A stretch of 64,000 nt of DNA. Origin: Phoronis australis (lineage: Eukaryota > Animalia > Phoronida). The translations under genes and the position numbers were made by a program. A model generated the notes under the pieces. It made no database searches. It was given only the letters and a program-made list of their open reading frames with translations, and had not been told where the DNA came from. Below, in pieces: positions 1 through 11,446 of the stretch (within the stretch, counting starts at the first letter, position 1; every line of letters begins with the position of its first letter). The stretch spans positions 389,362-453,361 of the forward strand of contig NMRA01000040.1 in the NCBI GenBank assembly GCA_002633005.1, in the 5' to 3' direction.

Positions 1-377
1 TCTATGTTTATTCTATTGATGCCTGTTAACTGAGGTACTCGCCGATGTCGACTTCGCGGCAGTCGCCAGTTAGGTTAATCTTTGTTTGTTGTGATGTGTG
101 TTACGATACTTGACGTAGCACTCGGAATCTTTTCGTACATCAAAGCAGTATTATTGTTTGGAATGATTTCCAACAGGTTTATCAGTGACAGTTACATCAA
201 TCAATGCTGAATGTTTATGCTGTCAATTCTGGCTAATGAGTTAAGATTACAATCCAAGCCCAATGGCGAAGGGTAAGTGACAAATATCCATTAGACTATC
301 CTATGTCTTCCGGAAATCTAATACACGTTGAAATGGAAATCTATCATGTCTGTTTTCACGTGACCTTTGGTTTTTAG

Positions 378-1790
378 GTTTGAGGTCTCAAGCTGTACCG
401 TGCTGAGGAGATATGCGTCGCTTCTGCACCGTCCCTGAATTGACAAAAATTGGTTTTAAGCAATTGACTGCAGCTAAGCGGCAAGATCTTCCCGTCCAGT
501 GCAGATCTGTTGTCAAAGCCTACTTTCTGTATCGGAGACAACGAACAAAGCCTTTGAAAAGGAACAGTTATTTTTTAAAGAAAGGTATGTAACTGAGTCA
601 TTTTGTTAATTTACTTATTCTGGTCCTCAGCGGGGGATTGGCATAGGGGGTTGGGGTTATAAAATTTAGTGCAACTGACTCTGGAAATAACAGGTAATAC
701 ATGTTTGATGGAAAGAGAATGGTGAGGTAATTCTTAACCTTCATGAAGCTCCTTCGAGTTTATTTTATGAAACCGTTTTGCTATCAATAATTCAATTGTA
801 AACCCATAAAAATATATTACATTTTCTGAATTTTCAGTGACTGAGTGTTAACTCATGCGTTGAAATGTTGCAAGTCATTTATAAATTCAAATGACTGTCA
901 TTTTTTGTGAAAATTGCTTTTTTGATGGTGCTTTACGATTTGTAATTACTCTTAAACAACAGAATGATTATCCATCATTTTTTAAATGACCCAAGTATTC
1001 ATATCTTCTATTAGAACAAAAATAAAAAGTCTGAGAAACCGTTCCCTCAGCCTTAGACCAGAAGTATGCTTGACAGACCCATGAATCTGTAATCGTAGTT
1101 TAAAGTTGCTGAAAGGATCAAAAATATATCTTGAAAATGGATAACAAAAGTTTGAAGTTGTCTCAAAAAGCTTGCATATTTTGCAGACAAGTGATGCGTT
1201 TAAAGAATTGTTATGGCTACGAATGAAAGATAAAGACGCAGTTTTATACAATACTTATTGTGTACACCCTTGCTTTCTGAAAATAGTAATTATTTTTTGT
1301 GAAATTGTAGAGCAGTCACCATATCATATTTTTTGAAGAACAGGGGTAGCAGTTTTAACCCAACCTGGACTACTTAATTATTTATATTTCAATATTTGTT
1401 CCAGGTTCAATGACATTTTAAGACCACTTCAAGCCGCAACACAGACAAGCTTTGTTACTCCTTTCTCTTTCCAAAGCATTTACACATACCAGCAGTGCTG
1501 CATGGCACAACGTACAAGTCAGTGGCCCCGGAGAAATGTGAATCGCAGTACTAAGTTACCATAAAACCATGTGCCAGTGGATTGTTTGTGTATGAAGAGA
1601 AACTATATCTGACTGCTACACAAGTCAGTCTCATTGGTGAGGATGCCCTTTCATAAGCACTGAGTCATGTGTGGACAATAGCTTATTTCCTAAATCCTTG
1701 AAGAAACATGAATGACTGAAGCTAAAGAAGACCGACACTCTGGTCTAGTTCAGGGTCAGATTTTGAGCACAAAACAAGTCAAGTGAAAGG
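378..1790 (+). mobile_element. Decayed YqaJ/lambda-exonuclease-like ORF of an ISL2EU/Harbinger-type DNA transposon
   Basis: About 1480-1780 translates with stops and shifts as HIPAVLHGTTYKSVAPEKCESQY*VTIKPCASGLFVYEEKLYLTATQVSLIGEDAL...LKLKKT...VQGQIL. This resembles the YqaJ motifs (A..G...E..A / GLFV....YL.ASPDGL / Y.QVQGQ). Exon-like segments with AG/GT ends lie at about 378-585 and from about 1406. Confidence 0.6.
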
Positions 1791-2849
1791 GGAAATGACA
1801 TTCAGTGACTGCATCGATTGTCTTATTGTCAGTAGAAAGCCCGTTAATGTTACACTTTGATGATGGAATAATTTTTTTCATCAACAGGCAAGTTTGTCAC
1901 TAATTATTGAAACCACAATATTTCTTCAGTTTTAAAGCCCCATACAGTGCAGTTGTGCTTATTCTTTATAAAGCTGAAATGATTACCGAATATGCTTACG
2001 AATTGTTATTTCCCTGTTGACCTATAGAAATGTGCAGGAATCAAGATGACTGAAGTATTCCCTTCATTTGATTTGTTTGTGTGTGTGTGCAATTATTTTT
2101 AGAGCATTCTTAAGAAGGCCTTTGAATGAACAATAGTAAGTTTTGTGTTAACTTGTCTATGAACAAAAGTTCCACATGCAATAAAAGTATGTTTTCAATT
2201 GTAGCTAGCTGAATAAGAATCTGCTATGCACAAGATTCGAGAATAAAAATTATCAGTGTATTTAAAAATAAAATGGCAAACTGAACAACCATATACATAC
2301 AAAGAAACAACATTGACCATAATCGGGCATATCAAGAGCAGAATTTTTGAATTAGGTTCAATTCTCTCAAGTTATTGCTGAAGGATTGCTTTTCACTTTG
2401 TCAAAAGGTAAAATAGATGATCAGGCGGCTGGTTTCAGTCGTTTTCTCTTACCTAGATAACAGAATAGTCAGAGAAATATTAGCAAATTATAAAAGAAAA
2501 TGCAAAACAAAACTACTTTTGTAAGGCAGAACATACTTGATGTTTCGTCTTCATGTTTTTATGTAGAAACTAATCATCTTTGTACCCAAGTCTTATTTAA
2601 GATCTGAATTAAAATATGTGAAACAGGCTAAAAGTGATTTAACAATGTGTATTTTTCATGACACCTAAAATGTGCTTCTGATCTCGAAAAGTAAAATTCA
2701 TTCTAGGTGTCAATTTTTATTCTAATGTAAGGTTACGATATTTACTGAATAGCTTATTCATGTTCATTCTTGTTAATTGGGTAAGTAAATCTGGTAGTCC
2801 TGGGGGTGGGATCGGCTATAACATAAGGAAACTCGCACAACTACAGAAT

Positions 2850-3360
2850 TTTATTGGACATAGCATAGCTTTTTAAGAGAAACTGCTGTGAAAAAGTAAC
2901 CCTTGACTTCTGAGCGTCACGTACCATACACCTCTTATGTTGGGCGCACTCCCACCCAGGACAATTGAATATGTGAATATGTGGTGCTAGACCACCCGAG
3001 TCCCGGGTGAGTTTCCGAAAAGAAACACTTAGTTCCACTCAATAAACCACCCGTTTTCAGTGGGTAACTGGTGGGGATAACATCACCGAACGATGTCGAT
3101 AGAAACTGGTTGCTAAATACTTAAACCAAATAATGTTATGTAGTCTCCCAATGGCAATGGAAATGCATAGAGCACACACTGACGGGAATTCCGCATCCAC
3201 GCACTTTTTGTCATTAGGTTGACCCTTTTGACCGCTATTCTCCACGAATGTAGTACCCTTAGGTCTTTTGGGAATTTGTGACCACCTGTCGAAGACTTGC
3301 ACTAAGGAAAATAGCAATAATAAGGCTAAGCGTATTTTGACAACAATTCCGTCTTTTTAC
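2850..3360 (-). mobile_element. Decayed THAP domain (transposase N-terminus), convergent with the YqaJ relic
   Basis: The minus strand reads YYCYFP*CKSSTGGHKFPKDLRVLHSWRIAVKRVNLMTKSAW..., then a frameshift, then VCSMHF. This is the C2CH THAP signature with one stop and one frameshift. Confidence 0.7.
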
Positions 3361-3999
3361 CATCTGTTTACATGCAGACAGCGACGCATGCGCAATTCAA
3401 TCACCACTAGTACAGCAGCGACACCGCGAGGAGAATTCTCCGAATAGCCCCATTGATCTCCTCGCGTTTTGCCGATGAGCCACGAAGACTCGAAATGCGT
3501 TGATTTTCATAATAGCAATTCACAATGCAAAAAATTATATTTCCAGAGTGAATCCCCCTCGATGCCGTTTTTGTTTTGCTGGAGACGTTTTTATTTTTTT
3601 TTATTTTTAGGTCCTGGCCCAAGGGGGGTTAAACCCCCTGAACCCCCCCCTAGATCCGCCACTGCGTAACACCAGTAAACACGATGCCTGGAGTGTGTTT
3701 TTAGGGACTCCCTCTATGATTCCTCGCACCATCTGTTCATCCAAAAACCGGGCTGTTTACGTGTTTTGCAAGGAGTTTGATGTCCGCTAGAATATTGCAA
3801 TTATCTAGAGAATCGTTTGTGTTGCTACTATTTTCATTTGCATCCAATTATTGACTCAAATGTTGGGATTGCCCAGAATTCTGAGACTCATAAATTAACA
3901 AAAGACATGCAACAAAAGTTGAATTTACTTCAAATTAGTGAGCAATGAAAATTAAAAAGTTACCTGAATGCTCTCTTTGGCTCCCGTTTTCTGAACATT

Positions 4000-4950
4000 T
4001 TTCTGATCCAATTTTCGTTCACGTTGGCAAGAATAGACTGCGTCATGTCTGCGTCAGCTATAGGCGATGTTGCGTAGGGGCCAAGTTTCCAACAGAAGGT
4101 TGTCTGTGGGTCGGCAACTGACGAAAGCTCTCTTGAGCAACCATTCTCGAATTATGCCGAGTCGGCATGCTTACACAAGGGATTCGCCTGCGTTGTTGTT
4201 TTTGCACAGGCGACATGCGACGTCTTCGAAGTTTCTGTGCACTAAACGTGCCGGGTCTATTCATGAATTCAAGCGGTCGACGGATTATGTTTATGACGTG
4301 CGATTTGGCTTTTCGAACATATTTAAATCGACGGGGCTTTTCGCAATACATTTGGGTCGCACGACTTTACTTGCCAGAGCTTTGATGACATGAATTTCCT
4401 TACTGGATAAGTCTTAGTCCTGCCCACAACGATCCATTGCACCTGCGTTATGAATTTTGGGACAATAGAGAAGAAGAATGATGTTGATCTCTGTATTATA
4501 CCGTCCTTTACCGCCAACCACTGAATCTCTATCCTTGTTTTTGCACGATATTGTTCTATACTTGATTTTTAATTTAACACCGCGCACGTTGCCATAGATC
4601 TCGCCGTAGCTTATCCCGACTTGACGACTAACTTAATTTCTGGAAAACGTACGGTACAGAACGGAATAGACGATTGAGGCCATTTGTGTATCTCATCTCT
4701 AAGGCATCGATGAACATTTTCAACCCCCTGACAAAGAACTGTATGAGAAAAACAGGCTTTAGCAGCTGCATGAATTCTAACGACAGCTCTGGGGATTTCA
4801 TCGAGATATTCGGCACTGTGACCAGCGGCAGACTTGAAGATGTAACCCTGTACTTCATTCTGTCTGTCACTGTTATGTCGTCTAATGCGACATTTTTTGT
4901 AGATTTGTTCGCAACAGCTTCAGTGGATAACTGGCATTGTTTGGAAAAGT
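4000..4950 (-). mobile_element. Decayed 3' end of non-LTR retrotransposon ORF2 (RTE-X/L2-like C-terminal zinc knuckle)
   Basis: Minus-strand fragments LWQVKSCDPNVLRKA and DVACRLCKNNNAGESLV*ACRLGIIR resemble the LINE C-terminal CxxC...ExxxH...C region. The frame is broken by stops. Confidence 0.45.
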
Positions 4951-5241
4951 GTAATTAACATGGTTTCCACTATTTTGAAAGTCAATGCACCTTATTCACA
5001 CAGTAGACATTTTGACAGTGAGCCTCTTTTTAAGTTTTAAAAACAATGCATTCCACGCTTAATCACACGAGAAGAAGATCTGTAGCCCCTCAGTGTTTGA
5101 AAACGTCTTTCAAAGAAACACATACCATGACATGTCAAGAGAAGTATACTAGATACGTTTTTATTTCTTTGGTTGACTTTAGAAATGTTGTTGTGTATTA
5201 TGTAAAATTGGATCTTTTATATACTTTTCGCTAATCTGAAC

Positions 5242-5396
5242 CAGGGGCAGATTTAGGATTTTGAGTTAGGAGGTCAGGGCAGAGCGTTGCCCAAGATTGT
5301 GCCCGTGAGACATTCCCACCCCCAAACTGCCAAATGGAACCTGTGTCGGAAATTTAGGGGGGCCACGGCCCCCTTGCCCCCCTAAATATGCCACTG
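5242..5396. mobile_element. About 150-bp MITE with CAG(G/T)GGC-type terminal inverted repeats
   Basis: Starts caggggcagatttagg and ends cctaaatatgccactg. A near-identical copy lies at about 8876-9022, and related ends occur at about 3640-3664 and 29260-29277. Confidence 0.75.
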
Positions 5397-5439
5397 TGAA
5401 CGTCCTAGCAGAAACTGAACCAATTTCAAGCAATTCTGA

Positions 5440-6780
5440 ACATGTTCAAGATTACCGACTTTCAGATGTTACGAATAAATTACGATTTTTATTACTGACT
5501 AGCCGGGACTCATTCAGGCGTCTGCAGACGGTAAGAGATTGCATTGACTTGAAGATCTCTCCCGTAGTTCTGAGCAGAAAGTATTCAATTGTCCACAACA
5601 TGAAAATTTCTTTTGCCTGAGCACCTTGCTCACCTCAACGCTGTTGTTGATTGATGAAATTTGACGAAGTCACCGTTTTAAAAATTCAGACTACCGAGGG
5701 ATATCCATTACGGAGTAACGGATGATAGGTCGCCATATGATTCAGGGAATGACGTCACGCTAATTTAAGGGACTAGTCCCTCTCCACCACAAACCCCCTT
5801 CCCTCTTCTCGCTTCAGAATGAATGCAGTCTTTATCATTCGCAAGACCGTCCCTACTGCCATTTCGTTTCCAAAAGCGGTAGTCAATTTGGCAATTCGTC
5901 AATTGTGCCTTCGCCAGTCTCAGCTGAGAGTGGCACCGGTCCACAGTTCAGTAATATAAGACATAGCAAGTTCAATCACGTTTTGTATCTGGGACAGAAA
6001 TCGGATTCACTCTCTAAAGAATCTTATCACTGTTTTGAAAAAATGGGTAATGTTTCAATAACGCTTCAAGAAAATTGACCGGTCATCATTCTCTTGCTAC
6101 AGGTGGGTTCAAAGGTAATTTAATGTTATGCAGTCTATTTTGATAAGGTCAAATGGTGAAATGGTCCGACAGAAAATAACTGTGTCCACTTAATGACTTT
6201 TTGATATTTTGAAATAGGACAGAGAAAAAATTGCGAAAACCAAATTCGTCTGATAGGCAGACAATGGTTTGTATATAATCATATTCTAGTATCAATATTT
6301 TACTGTTATTCAAATAGCAGTTAAGAAAAAAATAGGATTGGCTTGTTAACATTTTCATCAATACATTAAAAGGAAACAATCGGTTTTACTGGTGGAAAAT
6401 ATATTTTGGGGGTAAATTCTGGAGAGCATTGACCTCATGAAGTTAACACTAAAATCCATTATGATTCCTTGCAAAGGTTTCCAGTCAAAGTTATTTGAAA
6501 CTGAGGTGGCAACTTCATCAGCTCTGGGCGCTGTAAAGATCGTCGAGACATGTGTTGTGAATTGCTGATTAAAACTGGCACACAAAAAACTAAGGATTAA
6601 TCTCCCGAGTACGCGAGAAAAAGTAACGAAGAGTCGAAGCACATTGGAAGAATAACCTCACGAGAAAAAGCATAGGGACGAAATGGAGTGATGGATTCCT
6701 GTGAGAAATGAGTTGAACATTTTCAGAAATGCCGAGATTGCTCGAGTAGACAGCCGGAAGGTTTGCTTTCCTACCCCGTC
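5440..6780 (-). mobile_element. Possible highly decayed Crypton-like (tyrosine recombinase/DUF3504-type) relic
   Basis: Broken minus-strand fragments occur in the expected order: ASTLRYFFSRTR; ASFNQQFTTHVSTIFTAP..DWKPLQG; SDFCP; EQGAQAKEIFM; TTGEIFKSMQSLTVCRR. Similarity was judged by eye only. Confidence 0.3.
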
Positions 6781-8875
6781 TCCTAGAAATAGCCACCATT
6801 CAAGCATATTTTAGATTAATATTAAATACAACCTAAAATTATATTTGAGTAGCTTATAATATTTCTGGTCTTTAACTCATTAACCCGGCGATTGAATCCG
6901 TCACTGACTCTCAACAGTTTTCTGATGATCTCGGCCAGCCGATCGGAAACACACAAGTATAGTAATTATAAATTAAACAAAACGCACACAAATTTTGCTA
7001 TTTCAACATAAACTTTTCCACGGCTGTCCTCGGATGGATAAAGTGTGAAAATAAAATTTTATGCATTTTTCGCAAATATTGCAAGAGGGAATCAAGTCCA
7101 TGGCCTATTTTTTCTCATTTGATGAATTTTTACTTAATACCTCATTTTCAAATCTCGTCCTCGTCCACTTTGTACTCTTCATGCACAGAAGTTGACAACA
7201 AAGACATGATAAACATGCCCGAAAATTTTAAAGAAATTTATCGATATTAATCTTTCGCAAAATTAATATTTCAATAGCACTTTTGAAGCGACTTGTCTTC
7301 ATGAAGGCATCCATGAAATATGCGTCACAGTGGCGTTCTTTTTTCTTACGTCACTTTATTGTCTGAGGTCAAATTAGTAAAGGGTATTTAATTCATACTC
7401 TAACCTTTGTTAACGCAAAGATACAGGATTTGAAGTATCAGACATTGTCTCGAGTGAAACCAACAGAAAATAAATAAATAAATAGTGACTCTGTCTTGAA
7501 ATATATTTAATTATACCAAAAACATTTTGTTTTGATTTAATACTGAATCGTAAAATTGTATGATTATGAAATGCTTGGCTAGCGAAATGCTGGGTATATA
7601 AAATACTGGATTATGAAATAATTACCGCCTATGTACGTATTTAGGCATATGCACATAGGCGCAGCCTTACATATAGGCATGTATGTCTAAAACAACCTAA
7701 TAGGCTTCCGATATTTTGATTAAACCTGCACTGAAAATTATGTAGTGCATTTTTGCGCAAATTTCTTGCAAGAAGTGTGAGTAATTTTATGTTAAAAATT
7801 GGTAGTGTATAATATTTGACTTTCCATTTTATGTGTTTCCACATGGTGTCAAAGTCTGTGATTAAGATAATTCAATAATCCAACCATTGATCACTAAATG
7901 TGTCAATAGTCATGAAAATAAAAAAATTGTTCATGTAATGATTTGAAACACAAGATTCATTTAATATTATGATTTGATGTGATATGTTTCAAAATTGGTA
8001 CATTGTAGGCTGCGAGGTCCCCAATCAATCCTATCTGTGGGACTGTTACTGCCCTCGAATTTAGTTGGCCTTGTTACTTTAATTACTCTGTGTCTTGGGC
8101 CTACCTCCAGAACAACTTTATCTAGAACAATTTGTTCTATGTTCTGATGTGGAATAAGTTGATGCTAATTTCCCTTGGGTATGAAGTTGTTCCAGAAGAA
8201 CTGACGTTCACAAAAATTCTTTCCCCTTTGTAGGTTTGCGCTTGCAGCACCAGGGACTTTGTTAGGGTAAGCAGAATATACTTTTAATGAAGGTACTTAT
8301 TATGAAAATTATACCTTAGTGGAGTCATTTGTTTGTTTGTGTCATTGGAAGCTAGAACAGTGTAGATCTACATGAAAAGAAGAAATAACTGCCTAACTAA
8401 ATTTATGTCTTCATAATCTTTATGGAGTTCAGTCGCATCTCGTGGCAGTCCTTAGGATGGAGTCTAAAATAGAGACAATGATACCGTAATTGTGTAGATG
8501 ATGTTTTTCCGGCATTTTAGTGTTAGGGTGATGATAAAACAGCAATTCAAAAATTTTATAAAGCACACTCTCTGTCGGCTTTCACTTAACAGATGCATTT
8601 CTGAAAAACTATTGTTATGGTTACGACCAAGACTATTTTTCACAATCGTTCAGTATAATCTCGTATGTGTGTTGCCATGGTCTCATATTCGGGATCGCTA
8701 TGTTACCAGCAGCTTACCAGTCAGTAGACTGAATATGCACTAGCAGCCTTGGTAAATAATTGACCAAATGCTAACACAAGCTTATAGGAATGGTTAGCAT
8801 GACGTCATTAAGACGTTTTGGATCCAGTGTGACGATATGTCTATTTTTATTACCGGGTCCAAATTACGTCATCAA

Positions 8876-9022
8876 AAGGGGCAAATCCAGGATTTTGAGT
8901 TAAGGGGGTCCAGGGCAGAGTATTAGCCAAGATTTTGCCCGTCAGACATTCGTACCCCTGAACTGCCAAATGGAATCTGGGAGAATTTTAGGGGGCATTG
9001 CCCCCCTCTAAATCCGCCACTG
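8876..9022. mobile_element. Second copy of the 150-bp CAGTGGCGGAT-type MITE
   Basis: aggggcaaatccaggattttgagtt...ctaaatccgccactg; the internal sequence matches 5242-5396. Confidence 0.75.
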
Positions 9023-9329
9023 TATATGTGAGTTTACTGGCTAGGCCGCAAACCCACTGGCCCCGGGCCACCGTGTATTTCTAACACTGGCTGTGACGGC
9101 CATGTTTGGAACAATCGTTTAAGGAGCTTTAGCTCCGTGGTCTTTTGAAGGAAAATAAATGTAAATAGATCTTGTCAAGAGCTATCTGAAAAGTGTCACT
9201 AGGACTTACCGTTTTTAAGTTAATCCAGATTTCTTATGTAATGACTGCTCTTCTATTGATTGATTCTTAATGGACTTTTGCTGGTTTGTATTTTACTGTG
9301 AAATACAATCTTTCTTGATAATTTTTGTC

Positions 9330-9568
9330 ACCATCATTCATCATTGAAATAATCATCGCCATCATCGTGATCATCATCAACGTCATTGTGGATATTGTCG
9401 TTATTCAATCATTTTCTCTCTAAGTGTTCTGTACAAAGCTGTGTTTCTTATAACCATTTTGTCATCTTCTTCATCATCAGCAACAACATCACCATCAACA
9501 CCATCATCAACATCATCATCATCATCATCATCATCGTCATCGTCGTCATCATCATCATCATCATCACC
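9330..9568. repeat. Imperfect (ATC)n microsatellite
   Basis: catcatcatcatcgtcatc runs are directly visible. Confidence 0.95.
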
Positions 9569-10148
9569 AAATTTTGCTGTCTAGAGCGCTTTCTTTTTTG
9601 TTCTTTTGTTGTATGTGGAGTACTATTTGAGTGCTGATTTTGTGTATAGATATGTATTGGTGTTCTAAGCTGGGCTCGGTAGAAGGTCAAACAAATGTCA
9701 ACATTTACATGTTCTACTTTGAGGGTCAAATTTCTGTCGTCGTGGTGAGAACGCCATCATGGTCTGACGGTGGTGTAGATAGAACTGAAAAAATAATTCT
9801 TACGTCTAGTTTTACTTACTTCTACTGAATCGGTAAACTCACCAGAGCTCTTTTGGAAATCGACAGGTTTTCACATTCATCTATTTATTGAATTAAAGAC
9901 ATAGTTTCACACCAAAACAACTGCTTTTCAACTCAAAGAAACAGCACTGCAGGAGCCCGTTACTTGGGCTAGTTACTGTCCGCACAGCGTAAGCCCAGCA
10001 GTAATGACCTTCTCCGACTTCAGTCGAGTCAATTCTGAAAAAAGACTAGGCGGTTACGTAAGCGTCTGTGATGTCGAGTCCGGAAGACAACTGTGTTGTA
10101 GGAATGAACTCGGCTGGTAAACCGCAGTCACACAAGGCAGGAACCAAC

Positions 10149-10402
10149 ATGGATTACAAAAGCTTTAGCGACGAGTCTTCCAGCCACGAGGAAATTTTAG
10201 AAAATCTTTTGCTTGAGTGTGACGATGAAGCATCGGACACAGACGATATGCACAACGACAATCGTGAGCGTGTTCTTGACAACATAAACGGGCCCTACAG
10301 TTCGAACCAGTGCCTGCAAGTGTCCCTGTCGCTTTGGATGAAGAGACAGCGGCGGATCCCGAAGACAATGACCGCACAACTTCAGACGTTTTATCATGTT
10401 AG
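10149..10402 (+). pseudogene. KolX/P2X7-C-terminal-like accessory protein, first-exon remnant with frameshift
   Basis: Acidic N-terminus (MDYKSFSDESSSHEEILE...), then GPY, a 1-nt shift, FEPVPASVPVALDEETAADPEDNDRTTSDVLS, then a GT donor near 10403. Confidence 0.5.
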
Positions 10403-11221
10403 GTAAATGGAAAACAAAAACAATGCCTCGAGTTTGAATGCGAATATGTTTGTTTTCGATTTATTTATAATACCTCAAGTTAAATAAAAAGCAATTTCAA
10501 ACATCGGGACTGGTAGACGGATAAACTGCGATATGCAAGACTATTTGCCATTTTGTCCTACGTTTCTTGATTTGCGTAGGTGGGAAGCAAGGTGGGATAA
10601 GTTTTGTTGTAGGTTATGGATTGCAATTTGTATTTTATAACAAAAGCTTATTTTTGATTTTATATCCATTTTAAGTTATTACTGAACAGAGAGGGGGTCG
10701 AAACCATTAAAAGTCACCCGCACTAGAATTAATTCAATCCCCATAATGTTTATTTAATTGCAAAAAGGTAAGTAGCATTCAAGCAACTACACACAATTAT
10801 GTTGCAAAAATCGTAATTCAAAAGAAAAGCGGCTTCGGACAGTGTCTTTCGATGTTATACGCCATTAGTAATGTTGTTCACTTACTGTGGCCCAAGGCAT
10901 ACTAGCTTCCACAAAGCGACAGCATGTACAGTTTCAAATATTATCTAAAATTTCACTTACCTTGGTTTCCAACTGCTGTGTATCTTACTTTGTCAAATAA
11001 AGTAGACACTCCATGAACTACGCAGTGAAACGAACAGAATTGAACTGAAGACTGAATTGATTTATTCTACATATCACAACAATATATATACATACAACTA
11101 CATAACAATATATGATGCGTTACCTATGACACACTTCCTGTACTAGGAATCGCATGACATAATACCAATACTCATAAACAATAACAACCTACAAACATCC
11201 TGTTATTGTGTGACTAAGTAC

Positions 11222-11446
11222 TCAACACCAACCATACTGCGTTTGCACGCTGTCGTCCTCGAAACAGTCAGCAGAAAAATGTTGACTGCATATCACCGAA
11301 TACGGCGACGCTCCACTAAATTTTCTCGTGGACCTCACGAAGTCTTCCCACCTGCGACGCAGTCTGGGGTTAGTGGGAAACCTATGTAATGACACCCCAG
11401 ACCCTGACACATTGTCACAGCCTCCAATCACACAACGGTCCGGCAT
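11222..11446 (-). CDS. THAP zinc-finger exon of a transposase (transposon remnant)
   Basis: MPDRCVIGGC...SLHRFPTNPRLRRRW...ICSQHF...F is an intact C2CH THAP motif. An AVPT-box-like piece (HGVSTLF...AVGNQ plus GTAAGT donor) follows at about 10961-11018. No DDE domain was seen. Confidence 0.85.
   Translation of the reverse strand: MPDRCVIGGCDNVSGSGVSLHRFPTNPRLRRRWEDFVRSTRKFSGASPYSVICSQHFSADCFEDDSVQTQYGWC

Noticed and set aside
9386-9729. Poly-Met and poly-Ile ORFs
   Set aside because: Artefacts of the (ATC)n microsatellite.
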